From positions 1-52,702 of IMG/VR virus record IMGVR_UViG_3300032277_000005: a stretch of 52,702 nt of DNA; one strand, written 5' to 3'. Of this stretch, positions 1 through 7,410 are shown piece by piece. The notes beneath the pieces were generated by a model, which saw only the letters and a list, made by a program, of their open reading frames with translations, had not been told where the DNA came from and made no database searches. This DNA comes from a virus (lineage: Duplodnaviria > Caudoviricetes). Position numbers and translations under genes: made by a program. The first letter of the stretch is position 1, and each line of letters begins with the position of its first letter.

Positions 1-68
1 TAACCCTTAAAGCAGCGCGTTGATTTGAGCGCAGCGAAAAGCAATCCGCCTGACTTTTGTTGTTAGGC
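1..68 (-). mobile_element. attC-like site (complete copy at 52573..52643)
   Basis: Minus reading across the origin: GCCTAAC-AACAA-AAGTCAGG...GCTGCTT-TAAGG-GTTAAGC (R''-spacer-L''...L'-spacer-R'). Confidence 0.85.
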
Positions 69-127
69 TCAGGAATTACGGTACATACTATGAATGACGA
101 TGAACTAATAGCAAAGATAAGTGAAAA
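1..127. repeat. 127-bp terminal direct repeat (copy 1); circular-assembly overlap
   Basis: 1..127 is identical to 52576..52702. Confidence 0.95.
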
Positions 128-452
128 ACTCCTCGGCTACAGGGAAGGAAGCCCAGAAAACATTATCTGTAAGATAGACGCAATGCAAGATAGAGACTCA
201 ACTCTGTGGATAGGTGCATTCCGCTATTACTGTGGTCGCATGACAATAGCTGTAAGCGGATTTTGCGAAACAATGATCAGCAACATTGAAAACATTCCAG
301 ATGAAGCAGTGTCAATAATTAAGCGCGACCTAATTGAGGCTTTTGCTGATGACGACCGGGATCGCGAAGTTGGGAATGCCGTAAAACGACTTGGTATGGA
401 CTGCGATCGGCAGAAATGGCTGGAGGTTCTAGCCGCGATAAGCGGAGCCTAA
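90..452 (+). CDS. cassette-borne hypothetical protein
   Basis: ORF 57..452, likely ATG at 90; bounded by GTTAGGCTC (62) and GAGCCTAAC (445-453). Confidence 0.75.
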   Translation: MNDDELIAKISEKLLGYREGSPENIICKIDAMQDRDSTLWIGAFRYYCGRMTIAVSGFCETMISNIENIPDEAVSIIKRDLIEAFADDDRDREVGNAVKRLGMDCDRQKWLEVLAAISGA

Positions 453-499
453 CAAAGAGATAGACGGCGCACCGCGTCCGTTGCATCGAGGTGTTATGA
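447..499 (-). mobile_element. attC-like site (short family A)
   Basis: GCCTAAC...GTTATGA hairpin; shares AGAGAT..GCATCGAGG(T/C)GTTA with sites at 2317 and 44279. Confidence 0.8.
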
Positions 500-589
500 G
501 TAATACAAGCGAACATTAAATAACGGAGATAATATGAAAACACTAGAAGAAGTACAAGCGCAGTTACTAGGCGAGAAGGAGAGTAAGTA

Positions 590-1336
590 ATGCCTAAAAT
601 CGTGAACATGGAAGGGCTAAAGTTTGGAATGTTATCCGTTGTAAATAGGGCTGGGGTCAATAGTGATGGGAGGGTAACATGGCATTGCCAGTGTGATTGC
701 GGCAATGAAAAAGTGGTTAGTGGTAAAGCCATGAGAGGGGGGGAGACTTCAAGCTGTGGCTGTCTTCGCTGGGGCGATAAACGGAAAGCGGATGACATGA
801 AAATCACAAAAGCAGACATCGAAGCAGTAGTAACGTATAACCCTGAAACCGGCGCACTGATATGGAAGGAGCGCACAGCAGAGCAGTTTGAAGATAAAAA
901 TCTTCGGCGCGCATGGAATGATCAATGGGCGGGCGGCAAAGCAGGCCACTTCGAGGCAGACGAAGGGCATGTTAGGTTGAAAATAAAAAACAGGCAGATC
1001 TACGCTCGTAGAGCTATTTACATTCTAATGACCGGGAGAAACCCACCAGGGCCATTGATATTAAAAGATGGGGACAAGGGTAATTTAAAATGGGCAAATA
1101 TCGCTGTTAAAGAAACAAAGAAGTCTCTAGCAGAGAAAAGAGCGGCGCGACTCGCAGCAAGAAAGCCTAAGCCTGTATATCCAGGTGTAGTCTATGACTG
1201 GTATGACAAGAAATGGTTAGCTGTGATAAATCTAGCCAAGTTCGTCACTATCAGGGTTGGTGTATTCGCAACAGACAGCGAGGCTATCAAGGCCAGGGCT
1301 GATAAGCTGGAATCAATGGGGCTGGCTAGCTGTTGA
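590..1336 (+). CDS. HNH/AP2-type homing-endonuclease-like protein, HNH residues degenerate
   Basis: N-terminal FGMLSV..WHCQCDCG..SCGC motif; YNPETGALIW; HNH-like segment lacking His; C-terminal YPGV..KKWLAVI..GVF AP2-like region. Confidence 0.75.
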   Translation: MPKIVNMEGLKFGMLSVVNRAGVNSDGRVTWHCQCDCGNEKVVSGKAMRGGETSSCGCLRWGDKRKADDMKITKADIEAVVTYNPETGALIWKERTAEQFEDKNLRRAWNDQWAGGKAGHFEADEGHVRLKIKNRQIYARRAIYILMTGRNPPGPLILKDGDKGNLKWANIAVKETKKSLAEKRAARLAARKPKPVYPGVVYDWYDKKWLAVINLAKFVTIRVGVFATDSEAIKARADKLESMGLASC

Positions 1337-1351
1337 TGAGAAGGTGAGCAT

Positions 1352-1425
1352 TTATAACCCCTTGCTATGCGGCGCGACGTTAGGATCGTCCGGCGCGTAG
1401 CGCGAACATGAGCAAGTTGTTATGG
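1352..1425 (-). mobile_element. attC-like site
   Basis: Minus reading CCATAAC-AACTT-GCTCATGT...GCATAGC-AAGGG-GTTATAA; extra C in L''. Confidence 0.85.
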
Positions 1426-1811
1426 CGGATTTGCACAACATTAACGACCACATGGCAAGATATTGTGAGTGTGGATGCGTGAGATTTAACCTGCTGCGTA
1501 GTGGCGCTATTGAGTGCGACGACTGCCAGCTTAAACAACCAAAACTAAATTGGAGTGAAGACATGAACCCGGATTACAAACCAGAAGCAGAAGTAACTTT
1601 TAGCGATGACCAGATTGAGCAAGGCAAGGAAATTATTCGCGCGGCGATAACCAAAAATCAGCAGTGCTTTTGGCCTGACATTGTTGCAGAGGGTAACGGC
1701 TCTCTGCCTGCTTGGGTGCTACTTAAAGCGATCAGTGAAATGCAGAAAACAAAAGAGCTACGCTTGCGCGAAGACAGCTACGAACACGCAATGGAATATA
1801 TTTTGCGGTGA
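1422..1811 (+). CDS. cassette-borne hypothetical protein with CxCxC/CxxC zinc motif
   Basis: ORF; ends GTTATGGC (1419) and GCCATAAC (1812). Confidence 0.7.
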   Translation: MADLHNINDHMARYCECGCVRFNLLRSGAIECDDCQLKQPKLNWSEDMNPDYKPEAEVTFSDDQIEQGKEIIRAAITKNQQCFWPDIVAEGNGSLPAWVLLKAISEMQKTKELRLREDSYEHAMEYILR

Positions 1812-1812
1812 G

Positions 1813-1875
1813 CCATAACGCCATAGCTAAATGGGCCACGCAGTTTGTGGCTCCAATTTCAGTGACTTGTTATAC
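1813..1875 (-). mobile_element. attC-like site
   Basis: Minus reading GTATAAC-AAGTC-ACTGAAAT...ATTTAGC-TATGGC-GTTATGG; 40 bp identical to the site at 45606. Confidence 0.9.
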
Positions 1876-1889
1876 GAGGATAAATAAAG

Positions 1890-2075
1890 ATGGATAGAAG
1901 AAACGAAGACTACGAGCTAGCTGCAAAAATTGTTGACGAAGTGCTAAATAAGTCAAGCTTGCATAGACTACCTCACGAAGACGGGACATCTCCAACCTAC
2001 TGCCTTGGGCTAGAGGAAGGAGGAACTCTGCCATATATTGCGGAGCTGTTAGCTAAACACAGGCTTGGCGTATAA
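1890..2075 (+). CDS. cassette-borne hypothetical protein
   Basis: RBS GAGG; ends GTTATACG and CGTATAAC; stop overlaps TAAC. Confidence 0.7.
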   Translation: MDRRNEDYELAAKIVDEVLNKSSLHRLPHEDGTSPTYCLGLEEGGTLPYIAELLAKHRLGV

Positions 2076-2130
2076 CGCTTTAATTAAAAGGCTGCGCTTT
2101 TCGCAGTCCGTTTTGAACTACTTGTTAGCT
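2070..2130 (-). mobile_element. attC-like site
   Basis: Minus reading AGCTAAC-AAGTA-GTTCAAAA-CGGACTGCG..CGCAGCC-TTTTAAT-TAAAGC-GTTATAC; textbook attC spacing. Confidence 0.9.
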
Positions 2131-2142
2131 GTGGAGGCTACG

Positions 2143-2322
2143 ATGAAAAAACCAACGATTGATGATTTGAAAAAAGAGCTTGAAGCTGCAAGCAAGCGGA
2201 TAGAAATTCAAGAACGGTATTTAACTGAAGCGGACACTGTGCGCCGACTTATTGTTGCAGCGGGGCTGATTGATGAGGATAAGTTTCGACAAGCAGAGGA
2301 ACTTATAAGTAAGGACAGCTAA
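2143..2322 (+). CDS. cassette-borne small coiled-coil protein
   Basis: GGAGG RBS then ATG 2143 (MKKPTIDDLKKEL); ends GTTAGCTGT and ACAGCTAAC. Confidence 0.7.
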   Translation: MKKPTIDDLKKELEAASKRIEIQERYLTEADTVRRLIVAAGLIDEDKFRQAEELISKDS

Positions 2323-2369
2323 CAGAGAGATCGGAGGCGCGTAGCGACCTCTGCATCGAGGCGTTATAG
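2317..2369 (-). mobile_element. attC-like site (family A)
   Basis: AGCTAAC-AGAGAGATC...GCATCGAGGC-GTTATAG. Confidence 0.8.
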
Positions 2370-2546
2370 ACCCGCAACAATACGGAGTGAAAGGCAATAT
2401 GAGGATAGGACAAGGCATAGCTCGTGCTGCGCTTGTGGCCGGGGCTACAGTGCTTGAGATTTTTGACAAGCCAGCGGCGGGTTTGTGGGCCGTTATTGTT
2501 GTATGGGTTTTCCTAGCAGACTGGCACCTAAAAGAGATAGGCAAAG

Positions 2547-3029
2547 ATGACTAACCCAACACACATAACAGCAGACACCCTGCCCGGCATTATCGACAAC
2601 CTGAAAGCGGCTTGTGAGTCAGACAAAGATTACCAGTCGTCAATAACGCTGTTCGATAACTCACTGAAAGCCCGCCAGAGGGCGCTGGCTAACTGTTGGT
2701 ACAAAGATATAGCCGATAGCGAGGGTTATACATCAGGCTACGCAGAGGCGCTTTGCAAATATCATTACGGGTTCCGCATCAGGTGTGAGAATGACCCGGA
2801 TTTAGAGCGCATTATTCGCAGTATGCTTGACGGCAGGGCCTACGATGCAAAGCTTAAAATAATAGAGGTGTATCGTGAGTTCTTCCCAATACTGAGAAGC
2901 AAAGACGGAATGTCCACAGAGCAGCAAGGCCGATACCTATTCGAGATACAGCGCGGTATGGGTGCAGAGGGAATATTCCTATCAACACCTAAAGAGCGAT
3001 CACTATTGAGTTACCCGGAGGCAGGATAA
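2547..3029 (+). CDS. NinB/YbcN-like recombination protein
   Basis: SLKARQRALANCWYKDIA and STEQQGRYL..I motifs; position among nin-like genes. Confidence 0.55.
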   Translation: MTNPTHITADTLPGIIDNLKAACESDKDYQSSITLFDNSLKARQRALANCWYKDIADSEGYTSGYAEALCKYHYGFRIRCENDPDLERIIRSMLDGRAYDAKLKIIEVYREFFPILRSKDGMSTEQQGRYLFEIQRGMGAEGIFLSTPKERSLLSYPEAG

Positions 3030-3307
3030 TGGCTAAGAAAACAAAAATAAGGCAGTCAGCTAGAAACGAGGCTTGTTCGCTTCGCGTATCGCCACAGTGC
3101 CAAGATGGCGAGACAGTTGTTTTCTGCCATCTAAACAGCCCGAACAAAGGCATGGGCATCAAAAGCCCTGATATTTTCGGCGTGTACGGCTGCTACTGGT
3201 GTCATCAACAACTTGACTCAGGCAATGTAAATTACAGCGACAAACTAAGGGCGCTGATGGAAACACAATACAAGCTGGTCGAAAAAGGGCTTATTAGTTA
3301 TGGGTAA
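3029..3307 (+). CDS. DUF1364/YbcO-like HNH-fold protein
   Basis: IRQSARNEACSLR..C..ETVVFCHL..GMGIK..D..GCYWCH. Confidence 0.75.
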   Translation: MAKKTKIRQSARNEACSLRVSPQCQDGETVVFCHLNSPNKGMGIKSPDIFGVYGCYWCHQQLDSGNVNYSDKLRALMETQYKLVEKGLISYG

Positions 3308-3743
3308 GAATGTTGTTATCGGGTGTGACCCAGACTCAAAAGCTCATGGCGTGGCTGTTTACATGGATGGGAGGTTGATAGAGCTACGCAGCTTTGAGCT
3401 GCTAGAGCTACAGCAATACATCGAGCAGGACTGTTGTGGTTCTAACAGTATAGAGCTGCATATCGAAAATGTTTGCGGGGTAAGTGCGGCATTCAACGCA
3501 AGGGATAGGAAAACAAATCTCAATGTGAAGTTAAAAATTGCGCAGCATATTGGAATGTGCAAGCAAGCCCAGGTTGAAGTTGAAAGAATGGCTGAGGCTA
3601 ACGGCGTGAAAGTAGTTAAGCACAAAATATCTAAGATGTGGAAAAAAGACAAAGCGCAATTTGAGAAGGTAACAGGCTGGAGTGGGCATAGTAATGAAGA
3701 CACGCGCAGTGCAAGCTGGTTTGGCTATCTAGGCTGTAAATAA
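3300..3743 (+). CDS. RuvC-like Holliday junction resolvase
   Basis: IGCDP, HIEN and NEDTRSA acidic motifs of the RNase H fold. Confidence 0.55.
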   Translation: MGKNVVIGCDPDSKAHGVAVYMDGRLIELRSFELLELQQYIEQDCCGSNSIELHIENVCGVSAAFNARDRKTNLNVKLKIAQHIGMCKQAQVEVERMAEANGVKVVKHKISKMWKKDKAQFEKVTGWSGHSNEDTRSASWFGYLGCK

Positions 3744-3757
3744 ATATAAATTAGCGC

Positions 3758-3786
3758 TTGCATTAGCGCACATAATATAGTATACT
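3758..3786 (+). promoter_or_regulatory. sigma70-type promoter
   Basis: TTGCAT-17 bp-TATACT, followed by a CCAGC..GCTGG hairpin and GGAG RBS. Confidence 0.65.
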
Positions 3787-3834
3787 GGTTTCACCAGCTA
3801 AGGGAAGCTGGCTTTTATTAAACCGGAGAAAGCT

Positions 3835-4071
3835 ATGATTTATGCACAAGTTGGAACAATGCGGAAGGCAGGGTTAGCCGCGAAGTGGGGAAGGTTGAAA
3901 GGAGGTGCGCCAGCCATGTTTGTTAGGAACCCGGCTAGCGACCTAAAACACCAGCGGGAAAAGTGGTGGCATTTTGACGAGGCCATGCAAAAGTTAATGA
4001 CCGCCGAGGGAGTGGTCAAAGGGTTTGATTCTGCGACGTTGTTGGGGGGTATTTTTAGCATTAAAGCATGA
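3835..4071 (+). CDS. hypothetical protein
   Basis: ORF with RBS downstream of promoter. Confidence 0.6.
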   Translation: MIYAQVGTMRKAGLAAKWGRLKGGAPAMFVRNPASDLKHQREKWWHFDEAMQKLMTAEGVVKGFDSATLLGGIFSIKA

Positions 4072-4319
4072 ATGATTGCGATTATTGCAGAGACAGCGAC
4101 GGCGACCTATATAGTTGCCCGAACTGTCACGGCGAAGGATTTAATATAATGACACCAAAAACAAACGCACAACTACAAAAGACCCGCGACGATAAGCAGC
4201 GGGCAATGGGGCGCACTGGGCGCAAGGTCTGGGCGACACCAGAGGAACACGCGCATATTAATCAATGCCTGGCCAAGTACCGAAAAAAGCAGGAAAGGCT
4301 AGCAAGGAAAGCACAATGA
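4068..4319 (+). CDS. hypothetical protein with CxxC pairs
   Basis: ORF coupled by ATGA overlap. Confidence 0.55.
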   Translation: MNDCDYCRDSDGDLYSCPNCHGEGFNIMTPKTNAQLQKTRDDKQRAMGRTGRKVWATPEEHAHINQCLAKYRKKQERLARKAQ

Positions 4320-4675
4320 CTGACATAACCGGAACATGGGCCACCATCCCCGACTGCCCTAAGTACGAGTGCCTTTACGATCAGTCGAAGGGTACAAAGG
4401 TGCGGTTTAAAAAGACGGGGCCCGCTATACGCAACGGGATTAGCCGAAACGGCAGAAAGGCTGGCAAGTATTTAGAGGTTGGGCATGATGGGATGTTGGC
4501 TATAAAAAATCACCCAAACATGATGGCTTGTAGATGGACACCGCAAGAGTTGTGGGAGCACACATTTAAAAGCAAGCGCCTAATCACACCGGCAGAGCGC
4601 AAAGAAATCAGAATGCGCGAGGCGGCAGAGAGAAGGGCAGCAAATCAACTAAACAGGGATATGATAAGTGAGTGA
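4316..4675 (+). CDS. hypothetical protein, NUMOD4-like N-terminus
   Basis: Likely ATG at 4316 (MTDITGTWATIPDCPKYE). Confidence 0.5.
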   Translation: MTDITGTWATIPDCPKYECLYDQSKGTKVRFKKTGPAIRNGISRNGRKAGKYLEVGHDGMLAIKNHPNMMACRWTPQELWEHTFKSKRLITPAERKEIRMREAAERRAANQLNRDMISE

Positions 4676-5096
4676 AATAATGAAGATCAGGCTGCTGTCT
4701 GATTCAGCGACAGTACCAAGCAGGGCGACCAAGGGCAGCGCTGGTTATGACCTGAGTTGTGACAAGGGTTTTATCCTACAGCCCAATGAGCGGCGACTGA
4801 TCGGCACTGGGTTGGCTATAACGCTGCCTGTAGGGTCGTGGGGCGAAGTAAGGTCACGATCAGGGTTGGCGTCAAAGTACGGCATCGACGTTCAGGCAGG
4901 GACGATAGACCAGGATTATATCGGGGAGTTAATGGTGCTGCTGGTTAACAACGGCAATAGGCCGCTACGGTGTGAAACCGGCGACAGGATTGCACAGCTA
5001 GTCGTCCAAAAATGCATGAAGCCAAATATTATGGTAGTGCCGTCGCTGGATAAAACAGACCGTGGCGATGGTGGCTTTGGGCACACTGGGAAATAA
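4668..5096 (+). CDS. dut: trimeric dUTPase
   Basis: All five motifs: AGYDL, RSG, GTIDQDYIGE, GDRIAQL, RGDGGFGHTG. Confidence 0.95.
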   Translation: MSEIMKIRLLSDSATVPSRATKGSAGYDLSCDKGFILQPNERRLIGTGLAITLPVGSWGEVRSRSGLASKYGIDVQAGTIDQDYIGELMVLLVNNGNRPLRCETGDRIAQLVVQKCMKPNIMVVPSLDKTDRGDGGFGHTGK

Positions 5097-5151
5097 CGCT
5101 TTAGCTAAATCGCGCAGCGTAGCGGAGTCGAATTTCAGCGCGTTGTTAGGC
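5091..5151 (-). mobile_element. attC-like site abutting the dut stop codon
   Basis: Minus reading GCCTAAC-AACGC-GCTGAAAT...ATTTAGC-TAAAGC-GTTATTT. Confidence 0.9.
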
Positions 5152-5164
5152 GCATTACGGAGTA

Positions 5165-5395
5165 ATGAGAATGGGCATAAATAGATATAAAAAAGACCAC
5201 AATATAGATGGGTGGCATGTAGTGGACACTGAGCGCGGAGGGATATTGCACGCCGATGATATTGTTAAACGCTTAAACGAATATGAGGCTCTTTTGGCTG
5301 AGGCCGATGAGTACTTAAGCATCAATGAATTAACAAGCATTGGCAGTGGAAGCATTCTTCATCAGAAGTTTATAGCGATAACAGGCAAATACTAA
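5165..5395 (+). CDS. cassette-borne hypothetical protein
   Basis: ORF; ends GTTAGGCG (5145) and CGCCTAAC (5396-5403). Confidence 0.7.
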   Translation: MRMGINRYKKDHNIDGWHVVDTERGGILHADDIVKRLNEYEALLAEADEYLSINELTSIGSGSILHQKFIAITGKY

Positions 5396-5442
5396 CGCCT
5401 AACAGCACAGGCAAGCTAGCTGCAATCAACAGGGCAACCCCA

Positions 5443-5685
5443 ATGAACCCAACACTTAAATACAGATGCGGAGAGTGCGGCGACTCGCACAACGACCACG
5501 ACGAAGCACTCGAGTGCTGCCCTCCACAAATAAACGAAGTGTATCTGTGTGGGCACTGCCATGAAGACTACGGCCACGACGAAGACGCCGCCGAAAATTG
5601 CTGCGATGACGTTGACCCGGACGCCCTACCAATAGTAAGCCAACAAGAACTCGAAGCTGCAGGCCAAATGAGGCTCTGCGCATAA
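5443..5685 (+). CDS. Cys-rich acidic small protein
   Basis: Two CxxC...CC repeats. Confidence 0.7.
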   Translation: MNPTLKYRCGECGDSHNDHDEALECCPPQINEVYLCGHCHEDYGHDEDAAENCCDDVDPDALPIVSQQELEAAGQMRLCA

Positions 5686-5738
5686 CGCTTTAGGTAAAGC
5701 GCCGAGGTACGAGGTCGATTTTGACCGACTTGTTATAT
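5680..5738 (-). mobile_element. attC-like site
   Basis: Minus reading ATATAAC-AAGTC-GGTCAAAA...CTTTACC-TAAAGC-GTTATGC. Confidence 0.9.
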
Positions 5739-5751
5739 TTTGGAGGTTGGT

Positions 5752-5940
5752 ATGAAATTTGAAGATAGCACTGGATGGATTTGGTTTTTTGTTGACGAGT
5801 ATGGCGATGTAGGCACTGAATTTTTTTGGCTTGAAGAAAAGGAAGGTGAAATGCCGTACCAAATGGAAAAGGCTAGTTGGGATACTGAGAATAAAAGCTC
5901 TATACCAACAAGGGCAAGAATAGCGGAATTAAAGATATAA
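5752..5940 (+). CDS. cassette-borne hypothetical protein
   Basis: GGAGG RBS and ATG 5752; ends GTTATAT and ATATAAC. Confidence 0.7.
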   Translation: MKFEDSTGWIWFFVDEYGDVGTEFFWLEEKEGEMPYQMEKASWDTENKSSIPTRARIAELKI

Positions 5941-6022
5941 CCGCGGATTTAACCGGAGAGGAATGGAGCAATGAGTGAAACGAATAGCGGAATGACGAAT
6001 CCGGTTGAAACCTTTGTTAGGG
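5935..6022 (-). mobile_element. attC-like site (family B) encoding RBS, ATG and leader of the next gene
   Basis: ATATAAC...GGAG..ATGAGTGAAACG...GACGAATCCG...GTTAGGG. Confidence 0.85.
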
Positions 6023-6306
6023 TGCCGTGGCCTGAGGATAAATTGCCCTTGAAATTGAAAAACCCTAAGTGCCCGATTTGTGGCGGGGCATTATTTATTA
6101 CTGGGGTTAACGCTTGTGAGCAGGAGGATAACGGCGACTGGATAGCAAGCGAGATTGACATTGATTGCGAAAACGAGCCGGACATTGACAGTGACGAATG
6201 GGAAGACTGGCACAAGTGGCACTACAGCATGCCATATGTGGATTGGCTGCCGATAGACCGGCAGATTTTGAAAATGGTGCAGAGGACGTTTTACTTTGCA
6301 CCCTAA
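5971..6306 (+). CDS. cassette-borne zinc-ribbon protein starting inside attC
   Basis: CPICGG motif; ends GTTAGGGTGC and GCACCCTAAC. Confidence 0.7.
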   Translation: MSETNSGMTNPVETFVRVPWPEDKLPLKLKNPKCPICGGALFITGVNACEQEDNGDWIASEIDIDCENEPDIDSDEWEDWHKWHYSMPYVDWLPIDRQILKMVQRTFYFAP

Positions 6307-6360
6307 CCTTTACTTAACCGGTGCAGCTTTGCTGCATCCGCGTTTAAGTTGTTGTTATGT
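6301..6360 (-). mobile_element. attC-like site
   Basis: Minus reading ACATAAC-AACAA-CTTAAACGCGGATGCAGC-AAA-GCTGCACCGGTTAAG-TAAAG-GTTAGGG. Confidence 0.9.
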
Positions 6361-6383
6361 TTCGATTGTACAGATTCTAAGCT

Positions 6384-6445
6384 GTGAACTTATTTCACTT
6401 TATTTGTGTTATTTGCTTGACTATGTGAACTTAGTGCACTATAAT
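6384..6445 (+). promoter_or_regulatory. cassette-internal sigma70 promoter with two operator-like imperfect palindromes
   Basis: TTGACT(6417)-17 bp-TATAAT(6440); GTGAACTTATTTCAC (6384) and GTGAACTTAGTGCAC (6425). Confidence 0.8.
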
Positions 6446-6492
6446 TAGTTTCAAGAGTTAGGGAATGGCCCTAACAAAACGGAGCTAAGACA

Positions 6493-6681
6493 ATGATTAA
6501 ATCAGTAGACGAACTAAAAGCAGGCGACATTCTTAAAAACACTAATCATGGTTTTGAGATTGAAATTAAAGAGATTGGTAAAAAGAACACCCGCTACATC
6601 AACTTAGAGACTGGTGAGAAAGTAAAAAGCTTCACTACAAAATTCAACTTCATGCTACGCGAAGGAGTGTTTGTTAAGTGA
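6493..6681 (+). CDS. small basic hypothetical protein
   Basis: GGAG RBS; first gene of the promoter-bearing cassette. Confidence 0.7.
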   Translation: MIKSVDELKAGDILKNTNHGFEIEIKEIGKKNTRYINLETGEKVKSFTTKFNFMLREGVFVK

Positions 6682-7121
6682 ACGCAAAACAGACCAGATT
6701 AGCCCGACAAATGCTGGGCTTAAACCAAACCGAGTTTGCTGCACTGCTTGGCTGGACAAGCAAAAGAAACATAGTGAATTTAGAGCGCGGCGATAAAGAA
6801 GTAATGACACAAACAGCTTTAGCAATTGAATGCTTACTAAGAAGAAATAACAAATTTGGAGAGTTTGAGATGATTAATAAAATGCAGCCAGTTTTGGATT
6901 TTATATTAACTGAGATTAAGCGCGTTAATGGAAGCCGATCCGACAATACCACCATTTCTCAAGACGAAACAAATCAAGAGCTGGTTGATATTTTTCACGA
7001 TACTGCAAATAAGTTTACTGATATTGACTTTGAATTAACTGACAGCGAGGACGATCTAATAGAGCTTTTTGGCTACAAGGGCTATTGCTCTATTCGTGAA
7101 GCTGAAAGCGGTGCGTATTAG
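6678..7121 (+). CDS. XRE-family HTH regulator with C-terminal extension
   Basis: ARQMLGLNQTEFAALLG..IVNLERG. Confidence 0.8.
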   Translation: MNAKQTRLARQMLGLNQTEFAALLGWTSKRNIVNLERGDKEVMTQTALAIECLLRRNNKFGEFEMINKMQPVLDFILTEIKRVNGSRSDNTTISQDETNQELVDIFHDTANKFTDIDFELTDSEDDLIELFGYKGYCSIREAESGAY

Positions 7122-7123
7122 AA

Positions 7124-7185
7124 ACATAACCGATAGCTTAACGGCTGGCGCTTTTGCCAGTCCGATTTACAGCGCCTTGTTAGGC
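7124..7185 (-). mobile_element. attC-like site
   Basis: Minus reading GCCTAAC-AAGGC-GCTGTAAA...GTTAAGC-TATCG-GTTATGT. Confidence 0.85.
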
Positions 7186-7199
7186 GCGGGAGAGACTAG

Positions 7200-7409
7200 A
7201 TGCCAGTTACAGATTACAGCGATGCCGATTTAGTTAAGCGAGCGGTAAGAAACGCAAAACCAAACATAAACGGAACCGCACCTCGATGGGTTGCCGTAAT
7301 GGATACTTTCGGCCTTGGCAGAACATACGCATACGAATTATGCCGGTTGCATGACTTGAATCCAGACGACCCGATTGAGGGCGCACGTTGTATTTCCTGC
7401 AACCCTTAG
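7200..7409 (+). CDS. cassette-borne phage hypothetical protein
   Basis: ORF; ends GTTAGGCGC and GCGCCTAAC. Confidence 0.7.
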   Translation: MPVTDYSDADLVKRAVRNAKPNINGTAPRWVAVMDTFGLGRTYAYELCRLHDLNPDDPIEGARCISCNP

Positions 7410-7410
7410 C

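Noticed and set aside
2363-5097. NinB-to-dUTPase block as one giant cassette
   Set aside because: The ends (GTTATAG and AAATAAC) are not complementary and the block holds ordinary phage genes.
5396-5442. Truncated attC after the 5165 gene
   Set aside because: With inverted polarity CGCCTAAC is simply the cassette end joined to target DNA; no L boxes follow.
6457-6475. GTTAGGG..CCCTAAC hairpin as a recombination site
   Set aside because: The cores are in the wrong order and only 5 nt apart; more likely an mRNA leader hairpin.
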